Shown: in pieces, positions 36,653-45,422 of the stretch
Position numbering within the stretch: the first letter of the stretch is position 1
Layout: every line of letters starts with the position of its first letter
Source: a virus
Lineage: Duplodnaviria > Caudoviricetes
Strand: one strand, 5' to 3'
Length of the DNA: 64,000 bases
Virus record (IMG/VR): IMGVR_UViG_3300049136_000131
Span: 5,323-69,322 of that record
Notes under the pieces: model-generated
What the model saw: the letters and a program-made list of their open reading frames with translations, nothing else
Told to the model about the DNA's origin: nothing
The model's database searches: none
Made by a program: the position numbers and the translations under genes

Positions 36653-37683
36653 TGGGGCGGGCTGTCCCGGCTGCCGCGCCGGGCGGGGCAGCCAAGCCGC
36701 TGTCCATCGTCGCCCGCGTGCACGCCATGCCACCGGAGCACAACGCTGGCGCCGAGCACATGCTCGTGTCGATGCTCCGGCCGTTGGTGGGGCGCGGCCA
36801 CGACGTGCAGGTGTGGCTGTCCCGCTACGGCAAGGCCCACGAGGAGTACGAGTACCGGGGCATCCGAGTGGTGCCGCTGGAGTCGAGGCTGGACTTCCCG
36901 ACTGCGGTGCGTCGTGCGGATGTGCTGGTGGCGCATCTGGAGACGGTGCCGCAGACGGCTTCGCTGGCCCGCGGGTACGGCAAGCCGCTGATCGTGGTCT
37001 GCCACAACACGCACCGGCAGACGTTCCGGGATGCTGCGGCGGGCGGCACGTCGCTGGCGGTCTACAACTCGCAGTGGATGGAGCGGGAGGCGGAGTTGTT
37101 CTTCGCCGAGTTCCCGAAGGCCGTCCGGCCCGAGCAGTCGCTGATCGTGCGCCCGCCGGTGTTCGCCGACGAGTACGCGACGAAGCCGGGCAAGGCGATC
37201 ACGCTGATCAACTGCAACGCGGAGAAGGGCGGCAAGGTACTCGCCGAGCTCGCCCGCCGCATGCCGGACCAGCAGTTCATCGCGGTACGCGGCGCCTACG
37301 GGGAGCAGATCCTCCCCGACCTGCCCAACGTCGAGATCGTGGAGCACGTCCGCGGCGAGGACATGCGGGAGCAGGTGTACGCCCGCACCCGCGTGTTGCT
37401 GATGCCGTCGTTCTACGAGTCGTGGGGCCGGGCCGGCGTCGAGGCGCTCGCCTCCGGCATCCCCGTGGTCGCGCACCCGACGCCGGGGCTGTGCGAGTCG
37501 CTGGGTGAGGCGGGGATTTTCGTCGACCGCAACGACATCGACGGCTACGAGGCGGTGCTGCGGAAGCTCGCAGCGCCCGCGGAGTACCGGCTGGCGTCGA
37601 AGCGGGCGCGGGCCCGGTCTGCCGAGCTCGATCCGGCTGCCGACCTGGCGGCCTGGTGCAGTGCTGTGGAGTCTCTGGCCTGA
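36652..37683 (+). CDS. glycosyltransferase family 4 (GT-B)
   Basis: HNAGAE, YNSQW, KGG, LMPSFYESWGRAGVEALASGIPVVAH. Confidence 0.9.
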   Translation: MGRAVPAAAPGGAAKPLSIVARVHAMPPEHNAGAEHMLVSMLRPLVGRGHDVQVWLSRYGKAHEEYEYRGIRVVPLESRLDFPTAVRRADVLVAHLETVPQTASLARGYGKPLIVVCHNTHRQTFRDAAAGGTSLAVYNSQWMEREAELFFAEFPKAVRPEQSLIVRPPVFADEYATKPGKAITLINCNAEKGGKVLAELARRMPDQQFIAVRGAYGEQILPDLPNVEIVEHVRGEDMREQVYARTRVLLMPSFYESWGRAGVEALASGIPVVAHPTPGLCESLGEAGIFVDRNDIDGYEAVLRKLAAPAEYRLASKRARARSAELDPAADLAAWCSAVESLA

Positions 37684-37693
37684 GGAGAGCGTC

Positions 37694-38107
37694 GTGGCTT
37701 TCGTCCCTCCAACCGCAGAGCAGCTCGGCCTGTACCTGGGCATGGATGAGATCGTCGGGGCACGAGCCAATCTGCTCATCACGACGGCGACCGCTCTCTG
37801 TCAGACGATCGTGAAGCCCCTCCCGGAGGGCGCTGAGGCGGTTGTCCTGTCGGTGGCTGGCCGGGCCTACGTCAATCCGCAGCAGGTGTCTTACGAGACG
37901 ATCGGCCCGATGTCGGTGCAGCGCCCTCAGGGGTCTGGCGGCCTGTACCTGACGAAGGCCGACAAGTCCGCGTTGAAGTCGCTGGCAGGCCGAGGCGGCG
38001 CGTTCACCGTCGACCCGACGCCGGACACGGCCGACCCGTCGCCGACGTGGCTGATCGATGACGCCGGGTTCGCGGACGAGGTCGAACCGGGCTGGGGGTA
38101 TGGCTGA
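37694..38107 (+). CDS. head-to-tail adaptor
   Basis: AGRAYVNPQQVSYETIGP..GLYLT; position in operon. Confidence 0.8.
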   Translation: MAFVPPTAEQLGLYLGMDEIVGARANLLITTATALCQTIVKPLPEGAEAVVLSVAGRAYVNPQQVSYETIGPMSVQRPQGSGGLYLTKADKSALKSLAGRGGAFTVDPTPDTADPSPTWLIDDAGFADEVEPGWGYG

Positions 38108-38505
38108 TGCCTCCGTATCCGTTCGGGGAGACGGTGCGGATCGTGCGCACTGGCGCCCCGCCGACCGGTCCGGACGGCAAGGTGCTGCGGGACTCCCGCG
38201 GCCAGCCGCTTCCTGGCCCGGACGAATCGTTCGACCTGCACGGCTGTGTCGTGACGCCGCGCGCGGAGACGCCCCAGGTGGGCGGCTCGCAGCAGCAGGA
38301 CCGGGACACGGTGATCGTCGGTTGGACCGTGTATGTCCCGCCCGGGCAGCAGGATCATTCGCGTCTGCCGCTGCGCACAACGGATCAGGCCAAGGTCCGC
38401 GGCGTGAAGTGCGGCATCACTGGCGAGCCTGGCGACTGGGGCCGTTCGCCGTTCACCGGAACCCGCGGCCCTATCCAGTTCGCTGCCGACCGGGTCACTG
38501 GCTAG
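38107..38505 (+). CDS. head-to-tail stopper
   Basis: PFGETVRIVR..RDSRGQPLPG..GEPGDW; position in operon. Confidence 0.75.
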   Translation: MPPYPFGETVRIVRTGAPPTGPDGKVLRDSRGQPLPGPDESFDLHGCVVTPRAETPQVGGSQQQDRDTVIVGWTVYVPPGQQDHSRLPLRTTDQAKVRGVKCGITGEPGDWGRSPFTGTRGPIQFAADRVTG

Positions 38506-38575
38506 CTACGCGCCTGCTCCATCCCTTGGCCTCGATGTCCATGTGATCCCCCAAGGCTGGTGAGGAGTTGAGGGT

Positions 38576-38902
38576 ATGGCAGCACGGTTCAAGATGAAGC
38601 GGAAGGGCGTCGGCCAACTACTGCGCTCGGAGATGATCCGCGGTGATCTGGTGCGCCGCGCTGAGGACATCCGGTCCACGGCTGTCGCACTGTCCCCGGT
38701 GGGCGGGTCCGGGGATCCGCATCCGGGCCAGTACAAGGGCGCGTGGACGGTGACCAGCACGAAGCGCGGTGGGCGCCGCCGGGACCGGGCTGTGGCATAC
38801 GTCCGCAACCCCACCTACTACGCCCGCTGGGTGGAGTACGGCACCGAACGCGTACCCGCCCACCACGTGCTGCTGCGGGCCGCCGCAACGGGGGCCGACT
38901 GA
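38576..38902 (+). CDS. HK97 gp10-like neck protein
   Basis: YARWVEYGT..AHHVLLRAA. Confidence 0.8.
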   Translation: MAARFKMKRKGVGQLLRSEMIRGDLVRRAEDIRSTAVALSPVGGSGDPHPGQYKGAWTVTSTKRGGRRRDRAVAYVRNPTYYARWVEYGTERVPAHHVLLRAAATGAD

Positions 38903-39303
38903 TGGCCGCCGTCGGCTCCGTCGACGTTGAGCTGGAGGTCATGGTGTGGCTGCGTGCCCGCCTCGCTCCTGACGTCGTAGTTCGTGACGAGCTGGACAAC
39001 AACCTGCTCAACGAACTGCCTACGGTGCAGGTGCAGCGCCTCCCGGCTGGTGGCGACGACGGGATCCGCCTGGACCGGGCGCTCGTCGACATCGACGTGT
39101 ACGCCGGGACAAGGGGCGCGGCGTTCGCCTTGTCGGCGACGATCCGGGGCCTGCTGCTGGGCGAGCTAAGCGGCAGCAGCACGGACGCCGCGGTGTTCGG
39201 CCGGGTGGGCACCATCAGCGCTCCTGGCGTCCGTCCCTACGAGAACACAGGCCTCCGACGCGTCGGAGCGACCTACGAGATCTTCTGTCACCCGGTCTCC
39301 TGA
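38902..39303 (+). CDS. tail terminator
   Basis: LPTVQVQRLPAGGDDG..VDIDVYA; position in operon. Confidence 0.75.
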   Translation: MAAVGSVDVELEVMVWLRARLAPDVVVRDELDNNLLNELPTVQVQRLPAGGDDGIRLDRALVDIDVYAGTRGAAFALSATIRGLLLGELSGSSTDAAVFGRVGTISAPGVRPYENTGLRRVGATYEIFCHPVS

Positions 39304-39379
39304 CCGGTTCGGGCCCGCGCCGGACCCTGAAAATCTGACCCCGCCGATCGCGGGGTCTTCGCATGTCTGGAGACCCTTC

Positions 39380-39967
39380 ATGGTTTCGATCACCCGCGCG
39401 GCGGACCTTCTGGAGGTCGGTGCGAACGGCGGAGGCTGGGTGGCCCCGCTCGGCACGACGTCCCCTGGGGACCCGGCCGTCCAGCCGGTGTCGCCGTGGC
39501 TCCCGCTCGGCGCCATCTCGGATGACGGCCTGGTGCAGGGCTTCGAGGAGGACTCCCAGTCCTTCACGCCCTGGGGCTACACCGCCCCGATCCGCACCAC
39601 CATCACCTCGTCGCTGCGCACGTTCGGGCTGACGGTGTGGGAGACCGGCCGCACCACCGTGCAGTCGCTGCAGTACCGCATCGACTCCGCCGACCTCACC
39701 CCGACCAGTGGCCTGACGACGTTCGCGGAGACCGCGAGCCCGGCACCGGACCGGCGCGCGTTCTGGTTCGTCGTCCTCGACGGCGACAGCATGCAGCGCG
39801 GCTTCTATGTCCCCGAGGGCGAGATCACCGAGCGTTCGGACGTCACCCACAAGCAAGACGAGATCGCGGGCTTCGAGTGGACGATCACCGCCTACCCCGA
39901 CGCCGACGGCAACACGGTCTACCACGCGGACCGCGTGCCGGAGACGCCCGCATACAGCGGGTCCTGA
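39380..39967 (+). CDS. major tail protein
   Basis: LGAISDDGL, FTPWG, GFEWTITAYPD. Confidence 0.85.
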   Translation: MVSITRAADLLEVGANGGGWVAPLGTTSPGDPAVQPVSPWLPLGAISDDGLVQGFEEDSQSFTPWGYTAPIRTTITSSLRTFGLTVWETGRTTVQSLQYRIDSADLTPTSGLTTFAETASPAPDRRAFWFVVLDGDSMQRGFYVPEGEITERSDVTHKQDEIAGFEWTITAYPDADGNTVYHADRVPETPAYSGS

Positions 39968-40053
39968 GCTGGTGGACGGGCCGACACCCTGGCGCGGGCC
40001 TGGCCCGTCCACCTTTCCCCTTGCCCGCGCCATGAACTGAAGGAGCCCGCGCC

Positions 40054-40470
40054 GTGGCCAACACGCGTACCAGCACCAGCAGGAAGCCTCGCACTGCGGC
40101 ACGTGCCGCATCCCGCCCGTCGACTCGCCCGGCTGCCGAGCCGGAGCAGGACGTCGACGAGCCGCAGGGAACGGCAGCGGAGATCGAGGCCGAATACCAG
40201 TACGTCACCGCCGACCTCGCAGGCGAGGACATTCAGATCATCCCGCCCGGCTCGTGGCGAGCCTCGTGGCAGCGGCTGCTCAACCAGGGGCAGATCGAGG
40301 GCTTCGCGGAGATGGTCATCCACCCGGACGACCTCGACGCGTTCTGGGACATCGACCCCACGAACACCGAGTTCTACGAGTTCATCGAGGACGCGGCTCG
40401 GCAGGCCGGTGAGAGCCTGGGGAAATCGCGTGGACCCGGCAGGTCGTCGCAGCGCACGAAGAGGCGGTAG
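40054..40470 (+). CDS. tail assembly chaperone (G)
   Basis: Between major tail and tape measure genes; ends near slippery site. Confidence 0.85.
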   Translation: MANTRTSTSRKPRTAARAASRPSTRPAAEPEQDVDEPQGTAAEIEAEYQYVTADLAGEDIQIIPPGSWRASWQRLLNQGQIEGFAEMVIHPDDLDAFWDIDPTNTEFYEFIEDAARQAGESLGKSRGPGRSSQRTKRR

Positions 40471-40886
40471 AGGGCGACCTCGCCTTCTACTACCCCCGCA
40501 GCGAGGACCAGCTCGACGCCTACTACCGCGGCGAAATTACCGCACGGCGCCTTCGGGTCCTCATCCAGCGATTGCCGCCCGAATCGGCTACCTGGACGGC
40601 GCTGCGCAACGCGATGACGCCCGAGGAGCTGGCCGAGCAGGCCGACAAGGGCGAGCCGGAGAAGGCCCCTTGGTCGCAGCTGGAGCAGCTCGTCGCGGTG
40701 GTGGCGGATCGGGTGGCCCACCTGGAGTGGGCGCTGTGGACCGTGAACATCGAGCAGAAGTCGAAGCGCCCCGACCCGCCGGAGCCGATCCGCCGGCCGG
40801 GCGCGAAGCCCCGCAGGGCCAAGCCGAAGCTCACCGAGAACAGCGCTGATCGCTTGTTCCAACTACTCAATGGGGGCGCCGCGTAG
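40054..40886 (+). CDS. tail assembly chaperone GT, via -1 frameshift at GGGGAAA (40419-40425)
   Basis: -1 frame reads GEIAWTRQVVAAHEEAVEGDL..RRLRVLIQRLPPESAT to stop 40886. Confidence 0.8.
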
Positions 40887-40904
40887 CGCCACGGAGGAGG
40901 TGCC

Positions 40905-43900
40905 GTGGCTGCGATCAGCGTTGGATCCGTTGAGGTTGATGTCGTCCCCAATACGCGGGGCATCCGCAGTCGCCTGCAGGCAGGTCTCGTGCCTGCCGCG
41001 AACCAGGTTGGCGACGAGGTCGGTCGGATCATCGGCCGGCACATCTCCACGCAGGTCGCGCAGGCCATCCGCACCGGCGTCACCCAGGGCGGCCGGACCG
41101 CTCAGGCCCCGGCCGCCCGGCAAGGGCAGGCCACCGGCAGCACGTTCGCACGGTCGCTGCGCACCACCCTTGAGACGGCGCTGCGAAACCTGCCCGAGGT
41201 GCGGCTGCGGGCAAACTCGACGGACGCTGAGCGGGAGATCTACCAGATCCGCAACCACCTCCGCGCCCTGCAGGATTCACGGATCGGCATCGACATCAGC
41301 TCCGCCGATGCTGTCGCCGCGATCAACCACCTCCAGCAGCGGTTGCAACGGCTGTCGTCGTCGGACGCCGATGTCGCCATCCGTGTCGACGCGGCGAGCG
41401 CCGCAACGACGCTGGCGGCGATCCAAGCGCAGGTCAACCGGCTGGATGGCCAGACGGCCCGCGTCGACGTGGATACGAGTACGGCTGCGGCGAATCTGCG
41501 GCTGCTGTCCACGGCGGCGATCGCGTTCGGTCCGGCGATCATTCCGGCTCTGCCGGTGGTGGCCGCCGGCCTGGGAGCGGTCGCTGCTGCCGCGACGGCG
41601 GCTGCCGTCGGTATCGGCGCGGTGGCGCTGGTCGCGGTACCCGCGTTTGTCCAGATGGGCAAGGTGCTGCAGGCGCAGAAGGCCGCCCAGGACGCGGCGA
41701 CGAACGCAACGATGCGGGGCGGGCAGGCTGCGTCGCAGGCGGCGCAGCGGTCCCTGCAGATGGCGGGCGCTCAGCAGGCTCTGGCGACCGCGCACCGGAA
41801 CGCGGGCCGTCAGATCGCTCAGGCCGAGCAGGGTGTATCCGACGCGGTGCGGTCGGCGTCGGAGGCGAACCGGCGGGCCAAGCAGCAGTTGGCTGATGCC
41901 GTGCAGCAGGCTGCGGACCGGCAGCGGCAGTCTGCCGAGCAGGTCCGCCGCGCCGAGGAGTCCCTGGCGGACGCGCAGCGTACCGCCCGGCAGGCCCAGG
42001 AAGACCTGACCCAGGCTCGCCGGGACGCCGCTCAGGAACTCGCCGACCTCGAAACCCGGCTCACGAACGCACAGCTCTCCGAGCGGGACGCCGTGCTGTC
42101 TGTGCAGGAGGCACAGGACCGGCTCCGCGCCGTGCAGGCCGAGGGCTCGACTGCGACGCTCATGGAGCAGCAGCGTGCCCAGCTCGCCTACGACCAGGCT
42201 GTGCAGCGTCTGAAGGAAGCGCGCGACGAAACCAAGGACCTCACCGCGGAGAAGAAGGCTGCGGACAAGGCTGGTGTTGAGGGTTCGGAGACGGTCCGCA
42301 CGGCGCAGGAGCGTCTCTGGCAGGCTGATGAGGCGGTTGTCCGGCAGCAGCAGGAGCTTACCCGTGCGCGGCAGGACGCTGCCCGCCAGCAGGTGGAGGC
42401 CCAGGAGGCTGTCGCTGAGGCGCAGCGGAACGTGGCCCGCACCCAGGAGGACGGCGCCCGGTCGGTGGCTCGCGCCCAGGAGCAGCTGGCCGCGGCCCAG
42501 CAGTCCGCTGCCGACTCGATTGCGTCCGCGCAGCGAGGAATTGCCTCCGCGTCGCTTCAGGCGGCCGGGGGCGTCGATCAGGCTGCCATTGCTCAGGCCA
42601 AGTACCAGGCTGAGCTGGCGAAGCTGACGCCGTCGGCGCGGGAGACGTACAACGCGTTCCTCGGCTTGCGGACCGCGTTCTCGGCGTGGTCGCGCTCGTT
42701 GCAGCCTGCGGTGATGCCCATCTTCACGCGGGCGTTGAATGGGCTGAAGAACAGTCTGCCGGGCCTGACCCCGTTCGTGCTGGCTGCTGCGGACGCGATC
42801 AAGGGGTTGCAGGATCGGGCGTCTGCCGGGTTCAAAAAGCCCTGGTGGAAGGAGTTCAAAGCCGACCTGGAGAGGTCCATCGGCCCGGCCATCACCGGGC
42901 TGGGCATCTCCTTCGGGAACGTGTTCAAGGGCATGGCCGGCGTTCTGCAGGCCTTCTTCCCCCACATGGATTCGATCTCCCGGCGGATGCAGGACATCAC
43001 CGGCCGGTTCGCCAACTGGGGCCAGAGCCTCAAGGGGTCGCCGGAGTTCGAGCGGTTCCTCAGCTACAGCTCCGAGAACGGCCCGCTCCTCGCTGACACC
43101 TTCGGGAAGCTCGGCCGGGCCCTGCTCGACATCGGCCAGGCGCTTCAGCCCGTATCCCGCCCGCTTCTGGAACTGATCGGCGCCCTCGCCTCCGGGCTGA
43201 GCTCCATCGCCACGTACCTGCCCGAGCTCGTCCTCGGTATGTGGGGGCTCCTCGTCGTCACACGGCTGTGGACGATCGCCATGTTCCTCGCCAACGGGGC
43301 GATGACCCTGTTCAACATCATCTCGAAGGCTGGCCCGTGGGGCTGGATCGTCCTGGCCATTACGGCCGTGGTTCTCGCCGTCGTCTACATGTACCGCCGG
43401 TTCGATTGGTTCCGGGCGGCCGTACAGACGGTGTGGAACGCGATCAAGGCCGGGGCCATGTGGCTGTGGACGGACGCCATCAAGCCTGCGTTCGATGCGA
43501 TCTGGGGCGGGCTGCAAACCGTTGGCCGCTGGGCTATGTGGTTGTGGCACAACGCCATCAAGCCCGCGTTCGACTGCATCTCGATGGCGGCGCGCATCCT
43601 GTTGACCGCGCTGGTCACGATCGCCCTCCTGCCGATCATTGCCGTCATCAAGATCGTCGGCGCGATCGCCAAGTGGCTGTGGACGGACGCCATCAAGCCC
43701 GCCTTCGATGCGATCGCCGCTATCGCCATGTGGCTGTGGACGAACGTCTTCAGCCCCGTCTTCACGTGGATCGCCGACAAGGCGAAGTGGCTGTGGAACA
43801 ACGCCATCAAACCGTCCTGGGCGGCGATCCAGGCGGGTACCCAATACCTGTGGGCGACCGTGCTGAAGCCGGTCTTCAAGGCAATTCAGGGCGGCTTGCA

Positions 43901-45413
43901 GACCGTCGGCCAGTGGGCTAAATGGCTGTGGAAGGAGGCCATCAAGCCCGCTTGGGGCGGCATCGTCTCGGCTGCCAACTACGCGTGGGAGAAGGGCTTG
44001 CGGCCCGCGTTCAACGCGATCAAGTCGGCGGTGCGCACCGTCGGCGACGCTTTCGAGTCTGCCCGCAAGGCGATCAAAACCGCCTGGGACAAGCTGAAGA
44101 GCATCGCCCGGACCCCTGTCCAGTACGTCGTCGACGTCGTCTACAACAACGGCATCCGCGGCGTCTGGAACAAGGTCGCGGGTGCCTTCGGAGCGCCGAA
44201 GCTACCGGCGTTCAAGTTCGCGGCCGGCGGCATCATGCCTGGCTACACGCCGGGGAAGGACGTCCACAAGTTCGTGTCGCCGACCGGTGGCCAGTTGGAG
44301 TTGTCGGGCGGCGAGAGCTTCTTCCGACCGGAGTTCACGCGGGCCGTCGGCTCTGGCTTCGTGGGCACCATGAACCGCATCGCGAAGACCCGCGGTTCCT
44401 CTGGTGTAGCGACGGCCCTTGCGCCGGTGCTGGGCGGCAACCCGGCCACGTCGACAGACACGTCGCTGCGCTACGCCCGCGGCGGCGTCTTCCCGACGCA
44501 GCGCTTCGCGGATGGCGGCATCTTCGGCTGGATCAAGAACGCAGCCTCGACCGCCGTGGGCGCAGGCTCCGCAGCCTGGAACAAGATCAAGGAGGGGGCG
44601 TCGTGGCTCACCGACACCCTCGAAGCGTCTGCACGCGCGGGCGTGCGCAACGTCGTTGATCCGCTGCTGAAGAACTTCCCCGGTATGGACACCGGCATCG
44701 GCAAGATGATCCGGCGCATCCCGACGCGGATCATCGACAGCATGTTCGGCTACAGCAAGGAAGCCGACAAGCGCGGCGCAGGCGGCATCGGCGGACCCCG
44801 CATCCAGGCCGCGCTGACCTGGGCGAAAACCCAGAACGGCAAGCCCTACCAGTGGGGCGGCAACGGCAACCCCAGCTGGGACTGCTCCGGCTTCATGTCC
44901 GCGATCGAGTCCGTGATCCGCGGGCAGAAGCCGCACCGCAGGTGGAGCACACACGCCTTCAACGGCGGCACCCCGCCTGGCTGGGTCAAGAACGGCAACA
45001 GCGCATTCCGCGTTGGCATCACGCACGCCGGCGTCGGCCACACCGCAGGCACCCTCGGCAAGACGAAGGTTGAGTCGAGGGGCGGGGACGGTGTCGTGGT
45101 GGGCCGACGGGCGCGCGGCTACAACGACCGCCTGTTCACGTCGTGGTACGGGTTCCAGCCCGGCAAATACGACTCGGGAGGTTACCTTCAGCCCGGCCTC
45201 AACCTCGCCTACAACGGCACTGGCCGACCCGAGCCCGTGTTCACCACGTCGCAGGCGAACGCGCTCACCTCGCTCGCAGCGCGGTCCTCGCAGCAACAAC
45301 TCGGGGACCTGGCCGTCACCGTCTACGTCGGCAACGAGCAGATCACCGACATTGCGCGCGCCGAGGTGCGCACCGCTCAGGGCGAGCTCATTCAGGTACT
45401 CAACGCGGGCTGA
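40905..45413 (+). CDS. tape measure protein with C-terminal NlpC/P60-like domain
   Basis: 1502 aa; Trp-periodic helical repeats, FAAGG motifs, YQWGGNGNPSWDCSG..GHT. Confidence 0.93.
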   Translation: MAAISVGSVEVDVVPNTRGIRSRLQAGLVPAANQVGDEVGRIIGRHISTQVAQAIRTGVTQGGRTAQAPAARQGQATGSTFARSLRTTLETALRNLPEVRLRANSTDAEREIYQIRNHLRALQDSRIGIDISSADAVAAINHLQQRLQRLSSSDADVAIRVDAASAATTLAAIQAQVNRLDGQTARVDVDTSTAAANLRLLSTAAIAFGPAIIPALPVVAAGLGAVAAAATAAAVGIGAVALVAVPAFVQMGKVLQAQKAAQDAATNATMRGGQAASQAAQRSLQMAGAQQALATAHRNAGRQIAQAEQGVSDAVRSASEANRRAKQQLADAVQQAADRQRQSAEQVRRAEESLADAQRTARQAQEDLTQARRDAAQELADLETRLTNAQLSERDAVLSVQEAQDRLRAVQAEGSTATLMEQQRAQLAYDQAVQRLKEARDETKDLTAEKKAADKAGVEGSETVRTAQERLWQADEAVVRQQQELTRARQDAARQQVEAQEAVAEAQRNVARTQEDGARSVARAQEQLAAAQQSAADSIASAQRGIASASLQAAGGVDQAAIAQAKYQAELAKLTPSARETYNAFLGLRTAFSAWSRSLQPAVMPIFTRALNGLKNSLPGLTPFVLAAADAIKGLQDRASAGFKKPWWKEFKADLERSIGPAITGLGISFGNVFKGMAGVLQAFFPHMDSISRRMQDITGRFANWGQSLKGSPEFERFLSYSSENGPLLADTFGKLGRALLDIGQALQPVSRPLLELIGALASGLSSIATYLPELVLGMWGLLVVTRLWTIAMFLANGAMTLFNIISKAGPWGWIVLAITAVVLAVVYMYRRFDWFRAAVQTVWNAIKAGAMWLWTDAIKPAFDAIWGGLQTVGRWAMWLWHNAIKPAFDCISMAARILLTALVTIALLPIIAVIKIVGAIAKWLWTDAIKPAFDAIAAIAMWLWTNVFSPVFTWIADKAKWLWNNAIKPSWAAIQAGTQYLWATVLKPVFKAIQGGLQTVGQWAKWLWKEAIKPAWGGIVSAANYAWEKGLRPAFNAIKSAVRTVGDAFESARKAIKTAWDKLKSIARTPVQYVVDVVYNNGIRGVWNKVAGAFGAPKLPAFKFAAGGIMPGYTPGKDVHKFVSPTGGQLELSGGESFFRPEFTRAVGSGFVGTMNRIAKTRGSSGVATALAPVLGGNPATSTDTSLRYARGGVFPTQRFADGGIFGWIKNAASTAVGAGSAAWNKIKEGASWLTDTLEASARAGVRNVVDPLLKNFPGMDTGIGKMIRRIPTRIIDSMFGYSKEADKRGAGGIGGPRIQAALTWAKTQNGKPYQWGGNGNPSWDCSGFMSAIESVIRGQKPHRRWSTHAFNGGTPPGWVKNGNSAFRVGITHAGVGHTAGTLGKTKVESRGGDGVVVGRRARGYNDRLFTSWYGFQPGKYDSGGYLQPGLNLAYNGTGRPEPVFTTSQANALTSLAARSSQQQLGDLAVTVYVGNEQITDIARAEVRTAQGELIQVLNAG

Positions 45414-45422
45414 GGAGGTCGT

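Noticed and set aside
38506-38575. Unusual 70-bp gap between the stopper and neck genes
   Set aside because: No ORF, repeat or strong structure recognised; too little evidence
40419-40425. -1 frameshift in the tail assembly chaperone as a novelty
   Set aside because: Well supported, but a standard feature of long-tailed phages
41277-43844. 855-aa minus-strand ORF and other long antisense or alternative-frame ORFs (for example 13575-14978, 57052-58236)
   Set aside because: Shadow ORFs caused by high GC3 codon bias of the real genes; low-complexity translations
43400-44100. Repeated TGGCTGTGGA/ATCAAGCC motifs as a DNA repeat array
   Set aside because: Explained by the Trp-periodic helical repeats of the tape measure protein
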